Below are positions 52,363 to 64,000 of a stretch of DNA of 64,000 bases, piece after piece; within the stretch, counting starts at the first letter, position 1; the number at the start of each line of letters is the position of its first letter. The position numbers and the translations under genes were made by a program. The notes beneath the pieces were generated by a model that saw nothing but the letters and a program-made list of their open reading frames with translations, was not told the DNA's origin and did no database searches. The stretch is from Camelus ferus (taxonomy: Eukaryota), in assembly GCF_009834535.1 (NCBI RefSeq), contig NC_045697.1, forward strand, positions 31,126,001 through 31,190,000. Direction: 5' to 3'.

Positions 52363-52440
52363 TTGGATTGTAGGTAAATGTTTGGATTGTAGGTAAATTG
52401 TAGGTAAATGATTGTAGGTAAATGTAGGTAAATGTTAAAT
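52363..52440. repeat. Irregular tandem array of TGTAGGTAAA (5 copies)
   Basis: Core at 52369, 52388, 52399, 52413 and 52423. Confidence 0.92.
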
Positions 52441-55428
52441 ACCTGCTCCCTTCCAGGGTATGTGATAAGAATTTAACACGTGCATCTCAGGAGTCCCCGG
52501 CTGAACTGAAGTTCTATGAAAGCTTACTGTCATTTTTTCAGTGACAGGTTTTCCCTGTATTGTCTTTTAAGTTTTTTCAATATCAGGAAGCCTCTTATTA
52601 ACCTTGAAGAATCCGGGATTTAAAAAAAAATTAAATCTTAATAAAATAAAATTAGTTCTAGCTGACTCACTTAGAGGTAATTTTTCAAAAGTTCTTAGAC
52701 TTAAGTAGTCTTTTGTCAGCTCAACTTAAATTTCAGGGGTTTTAGTAAAAGAATAATTACAGGCTGATTCTGATCTCAAAATGTCACTGAGAATAATTAA
52801 CCAGAAAAGAAAGCACTATTGTATTTAAATATTTTCTACCAGAATAAAATTTTTTTAAAAAATGGGTTCTACTCTTTTGGAATTTGAGCATTATCTGTGC
52901 ATGCCTCTGATCATATTATTTAATGTTTCTAAATACTTAAATAAAAATCCGAGAAGATTCAGGTGTTAACAGCTATATGTGTAATAAAATTCATACTCAT
53001 TTCATTGATGTGGGTATTATTGAAATATTTACTAATTTACAATGTAAACATTTACAAAATAATAAGGTTGGCATAATAGCAATAGTTTGATGTTACCCAT
53101 AAATAGAAAAGATGAGTTTGAAGTCTTTTTGTTTTTAATTTGTAATTTCATGCTAACATTTTATCAGTTAAATTAAATAAGATAATTCACATAAGATACT
53201 TGGAAGATGACTTAGCACATAGTATCATTAATTTTATTGTTGCTTCTTTGCTACGCATCTTCTGTAGGTTTCTCTCCAAATACTTTCCTCCCATTCACCT
53301 ACAAGAACCTTAACAGCCTCTTGAAAGCAAGTAAGTTTTTATTTACTATCAATCACAAAGTAGGATTGACCCTAAAATATAGTGGACATGATGTCTCTCT
53401 TCTCCATAAGGAGAGCTTAGCATCAATGATGACAAAATAAAAATCACTGGACCCCTTGTTTCTGAGTAATTCAAGTCCCAAAATACCCTAGGCATTTCTT
53501 TCTCTTTCTTGCTATTATTTCTAAAAATGAGCCAATCCTGTCGTTGTGAACACTTCAATGACAGAGCAATACATAGGCAACTTATCCACTCTAGGGTGAG
53601 GTGCTGGTCTGCACCTCCAGACCTACAGAGAGAAGTGCATTTCCTCAGTCATTTCACCCTTCCTTGTTGCAGTCTGGGTGCTTGGTGCTTGGTGCTTAAG
53701 ACAGCTATGCTTCCTTCACTGGGGGTGGTGGGGGGGTCCTCTCTGAATTACTTCTGTTCAGAGCTCACAGTTACAGTCTTGTGGAGGTTGTGGTTGAACC
53801 CACAATCCAGGAAGATCCTTAGTGATCTTATAGAAAGAGCAGATTCAGGGAAGGCTTATTGGTAGATACCAGAAAACACAGTAACTGTTTATTCTGATTC
53901 CTTCATCGAGGGTGGGTGGAGAGTTAAGGGCAGTACATATACTATGACAATGCTTAAGAGTAGTGTTTGCAGAAAACCTACTGCTAACAATGCAGTCATG
54001 GAGGAGAGGGGGCTAAAACCAGGTAAGAATCTTTGTTTACAAATTAACACGAAAGAGCACATCTCTTGACTTTTTTGAATCAGCTCACTTTTGAAATCCC
54101 ATTCCTTTTTGTTGGGGGGACAGGAAATCCAACTCCATCATTGCTGCATTCCCTTTCTCCAGCAAAGTACAGTGCACTGCAGATTTCACACGGCTAAGGT
54201 CCGGATCCTGAGGATGCCTCCTTGTTATCTATTACCAGCGACACAAATTGCTGCTGAGATGTTCAGGGATTCCACTCCGTTCTGATGCTTCTAGGTCATA
54301 CTTAAAGCATGGGAATCTTTCACAGGCTGGGGGCCCAGTGGCTGAAATCCCTAAGCCCGTTGTGAACGAATCACTTTTGCTGGCTGGCGCCCTCTAAGGT
54401 TGATGTCCTCTTGAAATACTGTCTGAAACAGTGCGCAGGCTCCTAATGAAAAACCACAGATACCGGTATCCTACGTTGATCTTCAGAAAAGTCTTCTTCT
54501 GGGAAAGACCTTCCCCGTCTGTGTTCCTCCCATGGACTCCTCTAAAGTCAAATTTATTCTCTCTCTCTCGGAGAAGTACCTCAATCTCTTCAGTGGGATT
54601 GTTTTCAGGAAATTACAGCAAGGAAGGAGATTCTTTCGAGTAACTTTTGCTTTCAGCGCTGCTACAGTATTTCCATTAAGCAAAGCTGTATAGCGCGAAC
54701 TAATACAGCGTAAATGAATGAAGAGATGGCAGAATGTACAATAAAAAAGAATACTTCCAAATTCTACCTCGGATCATGGAACCAAAAGAAGCCGTAGTCA
54801 AGTGAGTCCTTTGATATTGCTTTGATCTTATTTAATGATAGAAGAAAATTAAAATGCATAGAGGAGTTAAGATAGTGATGTATTTGATTGATCTATCTAT
54901 CTATCTATTGGCTTTAAAGTTCTCTGAGGAGGTTTTGAAGTGGAATTAGCTTTTTGAGACCAAATTTTAGCTCTAGTACCTATTACCTGAACAATGGCTT
55001 TAAGGTCCCCCAGAATAGTGACCTCAATGATTTCTCCAAAGAAGGACATCCTTACGCTGGCAAAGTAGTCAGCCTAAGTGCTTTAGTCGTCTTTCCCCCC
55101 CTTATTTTGACTCACCCGGCCCTTAAAGTTTCCTGAAAGAGCCTTCCTGATGCCCCGTGAGACTGCCAGAACCCAAACAAAGAGAATCGTCTTTCAAATT
55201 CCCAAAATTGTGCCGGAGACTTACAAAGGTTTTCAAAAAAACAGTCATTTCAGCTGCTCTCCTCTGGGCCTTCTCTTTCACAAATACTAACATTTTACTG
55301 CCTTTCTCCATCCCTTTCCATCCCACTTTTACAAGAACACACAGTCATTTGGGCTAGTGCCTTATAAATATCAATTAATACACAGCCTAAATCCATTTCC
55401 CCATCTCAACCTCTTGTAAAACAGTAAT

Positions 55429-55830
55429 TGTTGTAGACAGAATAACAGTCCCCTAAAAGTCCATGTCTGAATACCTGGATCCTGTAAATATGTTGCCCTA
55501 CGTGGCAAACGGGAATTAAAGTTGCTAATCAGGTGACCTGAAAACAGAGATATTATCCTGGATTATCCACTGGACCAAATATAATCCTGAGGATCCTTAA
55601 TTGGAAGAAAGATGCAGAAGAAGAGGATCAGAGGGGGATGTGACATAAGGATGGTCAGAGAGATGCAATGTTGAGTTTGAAGATGGAAGAAAGGAACCGC
55701 ATGCAAGGAATGTGGGTGAAAAAGACAAGGAAACAGATCCAATTCCAAGAGCATCCAGAAAGAAATACAGCCTTACCTGCACCTTGATTTTGGCCCAGAG
55801 AGACCCATGTCAGACTTCTAAACTTCCTAC
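55429..55830 (+). mobile_element. MaLR LTR, MLT1D-like, 3' end lost or interrupted
   Basis: tgttgtagacagaataa...cctgtaaatatgttgccctacgtggcaaa...attatcctggattatcc...ccttgattttggcccag. Confidence 0.8.
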
Positions 55831-56000
55831 CTCCCAGCTTGAGTAACCACAGATCTGATCTCTTTTTCGGTGGGTGTGTGTGTTTGTTTTTGAAGTGTAA
55901 TTGATCTACAACACTATGTTAGTTCATGGTATACAACATAGTGATTCGATATTTCTTTATATTTCAAAATAATCACCATGATAAGTCTCGTTGTCATCTC
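55831..56000 (-). mobile_element. Short L1 3'UTR fragment(s)
   Basis: ttgaagtgtaattgatctacaacactatgttagttcatggtatacaacatagtgattcgatattt is a laurasiatherian L1 3' end. Confidence 0.7.
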
Positions 56001-57458
56001 TGCAATGTTTTTCCAAAAAAAGCTTTCTCATTTTTCTTGACTTTCTCATATTTCTCAGCTTCTCTTGCTGTCAAATGTACCTCTGTGACTGAGTTGTGGT
56101 CATTGAAGTGAGAGTCGGCATGATGTACAGCTGGTCCAGTTCAGACCCTTGAAAACCCCTGCTGGGCTCTCCATGTGCTGTTCTTTCTCCATCCACCAGT
56201 TGAAAAAAGAAGGCAAGGACCCAGATAGAAGGACCTTGGACCTCTGATGTATGCATCTGCCATCCGGAACTGGATTATAATTTAATTGAGGAATAGAGTA
56301 GCAGTGTGATATAATAGTAGCTAAGCCCCTGTAATTTTGGCATTGTGGGCTACAGCAATTAGCCTGCCTTCACTAGTAGAGGTCCTCCTTATTTCTCTGG
56401 CACTCAGTTTCCTCATCTACCAGATTCCTTTCATTCTATGATACTGTAAATTTTAGGCTTTGGAATATCTCTTGGTATATTCCCTTAGAGAATTAAAAAA
56501 AATGTTTAATGTTGAATCTGGGACCAGGGTAGAACATGAGGAGACCTAGATGTGTGTTTCTCTCTTTGTTCTTTTTATTTATTTAGCACATAGGTGACAC
56601 ATCTGTATGATCTGATTTCAGCAGCCATCAGTTGCTGGAAATGGTGGAGTCTTTACTATCTGTGACCAGGTTACTGTTCTGCAGGTTCAAGGTGGGGGGT
56701 TTGGGGAAGATGGTGGGGAGGGGCTGAAGGTTTCAGGGAGGGTGGAGAGCAGTTTGAATGACTGAGTGTCAGGAAGAAGACTGGTGGTTGTTAGTAAATT
56801 AAAGATCGCCGAAGTGCATCATGGCCTTAAGATGCTCAAACCTGTCCACAGGGCAGTCTACAAAAAATAGAGATGGCAGTCAAGGGCATCAAAGAAGGCC
56901 ATTAAACTTGAGTGAAAATAGCTGAAGGGCAAATAATAAAAGGGATATCACCAGATAATGGGTTAGAGATAACGATTGTGAGCTTTGGGTTGGAGCTATC
57001 TAAGGAGATGGAAATTGGTCATATTTTAAGATTAGACTGAAGAAACATACAGATTTCATCCAAGAAAACAATGAAAAGTAGAATGGCATCCTGGAACGGG
57101 AGCTGGTTCATCTCCTCACCCAATGGTGGGGCGACCCTAGGCCAGACATGTCTCATCTGAGTCCGGATTTCTTATCTTCACAGATGGGATTTTATTGCCC
57201 GGCTTGCCACAAAGCTATGTTGAGGAGGATCAAATGAAATACATGTAGGAACACATTTGGTAGTATGTAAAATTTATTTCAGAGTAATTATTTGAGGCTA
57301 TAACTCTTCTGATTCCAGGTTAGCTAAGTAAGCCAAGGCATAACTTAGCAGTCAATGGGAAGGAGTCCGGGGGGTGGAGTACGGAAATAAAACTTTAGAT
57401 GGATACATGTGTTGTAAGGAATAATTACACTATTTTAAAAAAGGTTTTTGATGCTCAG

Positions 57459-57773
57459 TGTGGTGTAGACATAGAAAAACGCTATGGCAAGGCATATGAA
57501 AGAGTAATAAATTTATTACACTCACAGATCGTAGAAGAGGGAAGCACAGCATGTAGGGGGCCATATGGGAGAAGCTCCAAGAGACTGGGCTCACCAAGCA
57601 GGTGGGGGGCTAAGGGAGAGGGAGAGTCTGTGAGCAAGTGCCTCTATTGGGGGTCACGGTTGAGTAGGCAAGCAAAAAGCATGAGGGGACCTTACTGGTG
57701 TGTTTGAATGGCATGAGGTCACAGTCATGAGAGGGCAAGAAAGGGGATGTGGGCAGGGACCAACCTTAGCACA
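57459..57773 (-). mobile_element. Old solo LTR (ERVL-like, family not assigned)
   Basis: TG...CA ends, minus-strand AATAAA (tttatt near 57513), purine-rich body, degenerate 5-bp flanks ctcag/cttaa. Confidence 0.5.
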
Positions 57774-59469
57774 CTTAACACTTAGTCTGGTTTTGGGCAC
57801 AGCTCAATGCCACATTCAGGGATTCAAATGATGACCCCAGACAACTCCTCTCTCTCTCTCTCCCCTTCCTTTTGTTGGCATTGCTGTCCTTTAATTGGGG
57901 TTAATTTTTAGGCAGACATTTTCCATGTGGTATGTGGTGACCTTTGGTAGACCTGTGTTTCCAGCTAAGCAAGTTACACAGCCCCAGAATAAAAAAAGAT
58001 CATCTTTTCCTTGACAAATCCAGCAGGAGTTAAAAACTACACCCTGAACCTATGAGTGGTGTTAGCCACTTTAAAACTACATGATTGAAGAGAGAGAGAG
58101 TGGTGATTACCTCCGCCTCCAAAATCAAGGTATTATTTTCAGAATGTTAATAGCTGCTGAGCAGATAAAAATAGAGCAAATGATCTCCATAGATCCAGGT
58201 CTGAAATTTACTAGCTGTATGACCTTGGACAAGTGACCCAAGCTTTCTGAGTTTTGGATCTTCAATTATACAATGGGGGTTAATGTCAACTTTGTCTAAT
58301 TCATTACGTCTTACTGAGCATTAAATGGAAGGATGTGAGAGCCCTTTGGAAACAGCCCTAGAAGAGTATAAGGAGGCGGTATTATCTTATACTTGACTTC
58401 TCTGGGATTTAAAACATCTATCATTTCCACTATTTCCTATTTATTTAAATTGATGTGCTTTAAAAAATCTCCTTCTTGAATCCATTCAGGAAAATATTAA
58501 GCCAAGTAAAAGGCAGCTTGGACTTCTGTAGTTTCTATTAATCACATCAGCCCAATTCAGCACAACGTCATTTATCATTGCTCTTTGTTGATTACATGTC
58601 AACCAGTCTTCAGTTCATTTCATGGGAGCCCTACCAATGCTAATTCATTCTAATTAGTGAGGCTTTGCATCTCTGTGACAGAGCAATAGACATTTTGCTC
58701 AGGAACATTTCCCTCCATAACGTAGCAACTGCATTCCTTCTTTTTGTCTGTTCAGCTGGCTGTACTTTAAAAGGAACTGAAGTTTACATGTTGGAACGTG
58801 CTTTACTGCTCCGAGTACTCTGGGGTAAAAGTGACCTAATCTTTTTTCTTTAAAAAGCATTTTATTTCACTATTTTGTTAGAAATGGAAACGATATGAGC
58901 ACACGTTGTTCTCGGACTGTCCTCTTCAACAAGTAAGGGATGTATTTCAACACAGGTACTGACAGCTTCTTCAGATCATGCATCTTGTCGTAACCATAAT
59001 TATGGAGGAATAGAGCTTTTCTTGAAAAATTGATTCTGCATATGTCACTCACTGAATTCTCATCTAACAGCCCTTGGGAGGTAGGTATTACAGTCTCCAG
59101 TCTACAGATAAAGAAAATGGGATTCTGAGAACAAAAATGTTTAGCGTAGTGTTAACAGAGTTTGGAAGTGGTGGTAGCAGGACTCAGACACACATGAACA
59201 GCTGAGATTCATGGCTGCATCTTGCATCCCACGTGAGACAGGCTGGGGAGGTCAGTCTCTGTCTACAGAGAAGCCACCTCGGACTGACCTTTCTACTCTT
59301 GGTCTTTTTGCTCAATAATTGTATGGAAGTTTCAGTGGCAGGTGCAGAAAAGGGCATTCACCTTGCTCTGGGAGCTATGAATCAAGTCACGATCAGCCCA
59401 GCCCTAACACATGCTGAGGGTTGGGTGTTTTTTTCATTATTTCTGTAAAATATCTGAAAAATACTTTCA

Positions 59470-61560
59470 GTGCTTTTATTGAGGTACAATTGACATATAA
59501 TAATCTACAATATTTAAATTATACAATTTGATAACTCTTGCCATATTTAGACACATATGAATCCATCACCAAAATCAAGATAATGAAAATATTCTTCACT
59601 CCCAAAGCGTCCTCTCCCTCGGTAAGTCCTTCCACTCTCCCGCCCCCACGTCACTCCCCCTCCTCCCGGCAGCTACTCACTTACTTTCTGTTACTATAGA
59701 TTAGTTTTCAATTTTCAGAATTTTATATAAATGAAATCATGTAATATATACTTCTTATTTTCGCCTCTGGCTTCTTTCACTCAACATAATAATTCTGAGA
59801 AACATCTATGTCATTGCAGGTGTCTGTACTTCACTTTTTAAATTAATGACTAGCCTTTTGATGTATGGCTGTATCTCAATTTGTTTATCCATTCACTTTT
59901 TTATTATTTTTAAAGTCATTAACAATCATTTTTAAAAAGTCATTAAATGTACACATATGTTGAAGCACATTATTCACAATAACCAAAAGCAACCTCAATG
60001 TCAGTCGTCCATTCACTTCTTGATGGGCATTTGGCTTGTTTCCGGTTTCTGGCTATTCCAAATAAAACTGCCGTGGACCTTCATGTACAAAGTTTATGAG
60101 GCCTTAAACTTTCAGTTCTCTTGAGTAAACACCTGGGGGTAGAGTGACTACATCATAGGCTAGGGGAGTATTTAATTTTTTTAAGAAGCTCCCAGTTTTC
60201 AAAAGAAATTATGCCATTTACATTTTACCCATAGTGTATGAAAGTTCCAATTGCTCTACATCTTTGTCATTATTTGGTAAAGCTAATAAAAATTATTTAA
60301 AATAATTTCTTAAAAAGATATCTTTTTAACCAACCTAACTGGTATATAGTATTATTTTTGTGGTTCTAATTTGCATTTTCCCAAAGACTAATGACGTTGA
60401 GCATCTTCTCATGTTCTTATCTGGCACCTGTATATCTTTATTTGTGAAATGTCTCACAAATATTTGCTTTTTTTTCTAATATGGTCATTTTCTTATAACT
60501 GACATTTTAGAGTTCTATGTATATTCTGGATACAAGTCTTCTTTCAGATATGTGATTTGCAAATATTTTCTCCCAGTCTTTGACTTGCCCTTTTGTTATC
60601 TTGACAGTGTCTTTCAAAGAACAAAAGTCTGAATTTAATAAAATTCAATTTATTATTGTTTTCTTTTATACTTTTGGCATTATAACTAAGACATTTTTGC
60701 CTAATGCAAGGACACAATGATTTTCTTTCATTTTCTTCTAGAAGTTTTATAATTTTAAGTTTCACATTTGCATTTATAATCATTTTGAGTTAGTTCTGAT
60801 ATATGATTCAAGCTACGAATTGAAGTTAACCTTTTTAATTTTTGCATAAGATATTCAATGTCGAGCATCATTTGTTGAAAAGACTACCCTTTCTTTACTA
60901 AATTGCCTTTGCATCCTTTCAAATATCAGTTGGCCATATATGTATGGATCTACTTCTGAACTCTCTATTCTGTTCTAATGATTTATTTGTCTGTATTTAT
61001 GCCAATAATACATGTGTTGAAAACTGTATTACTTGAATTATTCATGAATGTATTGATTTGTTTTATGGTCCAGAACATGGTCTATTTTGACAAATTTTCC
61101 AAGTTTTTTTGAAAAGAACGTGCATTGTGCTGTTATTAGGTGGGGTGTTCTGTAAATGTCATTTGGGCTGGATTTGCTGATAATGTGGTTCATGTTTTCT
61201 CTTTCTTTTCTGAATTTGGCATTTTTTTTTTATCATTTATTGAATGAGTGCTAAAATTTCCAGCTATAGCTGTGGATTTGTTTTTTTCTTTTTGCAGTTC
61301 TATTCATTTTTGCTTTATATATTTTGAAACACTGGTATCAGGTGTAAAACCATGCAGGACTGTTTTGTTTATTTAATGAATTGATTACTTTATTATTATG
61401 AAATAGTACCCTTTATCCCTAGTAATACTCTGCTCTGAAATCTACTTGTCTGATACTAATATGGCAATTCTACATTTTTGTTTTGATTATTGTTAACATG
61501 TTATGTATTTTTACATCTTTTGACTTTTCACCTATATTTATCTTATACATGATTCTAATT
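59470..61560 (-). mobile_element. Old L1 (L1MB/MC-like) 3' region and adjoining L1 fragments
   Basis: ttttattgaggtacaattgacata...tggcttctttcactcaacataat...ttgagcatcttctcatg...catcatttgttgaaaagact. Minus-strand ORF remnant LNVK.K.IKLLEEN. Confidence 0.8.
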
Positions 61561-61975
61561 ACTCTTTATTTTCTTCTTGTATGGGTATCAAATATTCTCA
61601 GTTTGTTCTATTTGCCTCTCATCTATTTAGTCACTTTTCACATGTGTTTATACTTTTAAGATATACCATGGGAAAATTCCTTTTTATATTTTGACTCATT
61701 AGTTTGTTCTTTGCCTGTGTCCAGACTAATAATTATCTGCATATTTAATAAAACATTTTAATAATTGCATCTTCCTTTTCTATTTAATTCCTCTCTCATA
61801 AGTATTCATTTTTGTTACTTGTTGTAGATGAGTTCATTCTCTGAAAATATTAGCTTATTTATTTGAAACTCCTTTACAAATTATTCTAGAATCTCTGTTT
61901 CTAATTTGTACATTATATTGTTGAATTTTTTATCAATGACTCTTGGTATTGGATTTTCTCACATATTTTGAGATT

Positions 61976-62041
61976 CTCCATTGCTTGCACTTTTCCTTTT
62001 TTTAAGAACTCCATTGCTTGCACTTTTCCTTTTTTTAAGAA
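61976..62041. repeat. Perfect 33-bp tandem duplication
   Basis: CTCCATTGCTTGCACTTTTCCTTTTTTTAAGAA at 61976-62008 and 62009-62041. Confidence 0.95.
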
Positions 62042-63061
62042 AAGTTTTCCCACTGTGTTAATTCAGGGTCAGTTCCAGATTGATGGAAGTGATTTATGTT
62101 TAGAGCTGTGCCTCTGGTTGGCTTCCTTCTTCTAGGACTGCATCTCCATTTCCGGTCTAGAGAGGATTTCTTTTCTCTAGAATGAACTCCTGCATTCCAG
62201 AGCGTGATGTGAGCTTAATGAAGTAGATTAGTCCAAAATTTAGTCTTGTGATATCTAGCCCCTCATGCATTTTTTTTTATGGATAAAAGATTTGAAACTG
62301 CTGAGGTTCTGGCTATTTGAAGGTTGAAAGAGTGATTTCTTCATACTCCAATATCAATAACTTTAAAAAGGGCAGGAAGAACCCTGGTCTCAATCCCCAT
62401 AGACAAAAGATTTGTGGTACATTCCTTTCTGAAGCTGTTGGAGAGCTTACCTGTGTCCCTAGGTTCAAGGGCTACAAAAGACATCTTTGATGCATCCCTT
62501 TGAGAGACAGAAGCTAGCTCTGAGGAAAGGTGGCCACTTCACAATAACCTGGACTCACAGACCTACTTAAGCTAAACCATGTATAAACGCATTTTGTGGT
62601 TAAGATATGAGCCATGTACAGAGACAGCTGGTCTGCAGCCCAAAGGATCTGTCTATAGAGGCACAATATCTGGGTTCCCTAAACCACTGGAAGTCAGAAT
62701 TCTCCAGCCAGAAAGTGCAACACTGATGTCAAGAATCTACAACAAGACATTCCAGCAACTGGAAGCAATGAGCAAGGATTCCTTCAGAAAAATTACAAAG
62801 ACCCTTAAAAGGGAAAAAAATCAGTTTTGAACACTTGAGACATTCAGAGAAACCAGATTATCCTGATATTATCACATGAAGAGCCTCATCTGTCTTTCTT
62901 CTTCTGGGCCAGACCCTAAAGGAGTCAGAAAGATCAGCTAGTGGTGCAGGGATGAAGGGTTTGATGGTAGGAGAATGAATTAGAAGCCAGTCACCCGTTG
63001 TCTCTTTAGGTGCCAACATCAGGTAAGCCTGAGCTTGGGGAGAGAAGCAGCTTGAACTTTA

Positions 63062-63962
63062 ACTATAGTTGTGTACAGTGGCATCTCTTTGTGGTTTTAA
63101 TTTGAGCATTCCTAATGACAAATGATGTTGAGCATCTTTTCATGTGCTTATTTGCCACCCATATATTGTCTTTGGTGGAGTGTCTGTTTAAATCTTTTCC
63201 CAATTATTAATTTGATAATTTCCTTATTATTGAGTTTCAATATTAAAAAATATTCCTTGTATCAGTCCTTTATCATATGTATGATGTGAAATACTTTCTC
63301 CTCATCTCTGGCTTGTTTTTACATTCTCTTAACACTAATTTTCAAGAGCAGAAGTTTACAATTCACTCTTTTATAGAGTGTGTGTTTAATTTTATATATT
63401 AGAAATCCTTGCCTAACCCAAAGCTACAAAAGATATGTGCATACAAAAGTCTTGTACATGAATATTCACAGTAGCTTTATTTGTAATAGCGAAAAACTAA
63501 AAACAACACAAATGTTTATCAACGTGCGACTGGATTTGCAAAAGTGCTTCAGTGCTTTATCCGTACAATTGAATACTCCTTGCTTAGTAGTAAATAAAAG
63601 AATGAACTTTGATACACATTACAATGTGGATGAATCTCAAAATAATTATGCTGAGTGAAAGAAACAACACTTAAAATATTACATGGTGTAATGATTCCAT
63701 TTATATAATATTCTAGAAAGTCCAAACTAATTTAAAGTCAGACTCAGATCAATGGTTGCTTGTAAATAAAAATTAAGAGTAGAAAGGAGAAGGGGAAGGA
63801 ATAAAACAGGGCATAATGAAACTTTGGGAGTGATTTGGTAACTTGATTGTGATAATGGTTTGAAAGTACATACTTAACGTCATCTGTATCATGACTAATC
63901 AAATTGTATGCTATAAATATATATAGTTTACTGTATGTCAGTTATTCCTCAGGAAAGCTGCT
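63062..63962 (+). mobile_element. Old L1 3' end with inverted 5' part (63062-63430 minus, 63431-63962 plus)
   Basis: Antisense aatgatgttgagcatcttttcatgtgc switches to sense tattcacagtagctttatttgtaatagc...tggatgaatctcaaaataattatgctgagtgaaa. Confidence 0.75.
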
Positions 63963-64000
63963 AAAACAGTTGTACGAAATCTGAGATTTCTTCCAGACTC

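Noticed and set aside
52363..52440. CRISPR-like repeat array
   Set aside because: Eukaryotic context, 10-bp core, no unique spacers and no cas genes.
56694..56723. Potential G-quadruplex (four G4+ runs)
   Set aside because: Isolated, within degenerate repeat-like sequence, with no functional context.
62330..63060. Possible ancient LTR or 83-aa ORF (62579-62830)
   Set aside because: Resembles an old LTR-type repeat, but I cannot assign a family or ends. The ORF has no recognisable homology.

Overview
Mammalian genomic DNA, most likely camelid, judged from three tRNA-Ala-like Vic-1-type SINEs. The only host coding sequence I can support is the 3' end of GRXCR1, a hair-cell stereocilia gene (human DFNB25), on the + strand. 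It consists of a 66-nt exon at 19046-19111 ([22 protein letters not shown]) and a 180-nt terminal coding exon at 29862-30041 (four CxxC motifs, ending CKSCAG*), with AATAAA at 30137. Neither exon appears in the supplied ORF track. Bases 1-19045 are intronic and everything after about 30.2 kb looks intergenic. The rest is transposon-derived: L1, L2, MIR, ERV/MaLR solo LTRs, a near-full-length Tigger1, MER3, MER20 and MER53. The most unusual object is a TSD-flanked 3.1-kb L1 derivative at 13105-16186 (minus strand). It has a complete CpG-rich 5'UTR, a frameshifted ORF1 and part of the spacer, joined directly to the last 123 codons of ORF2, so the endonuclease and RT are absent (a half-L1-like or spliced-L1-like structure). 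On the GRXCR1 sense strand its 5' end carries a strong cryptic acceptor and donors about 3 kb upstream of the 66-nt exon. Other leads include a MER41-like LTR retaining a GAS motif, a tandem IRF-ETS motif pair, several 5'-inverted L1s, and a SINE missing exactly its anticodon arm. Repeat family names come from recalled consensus sequences, and boundaries without TSDs are approximate.
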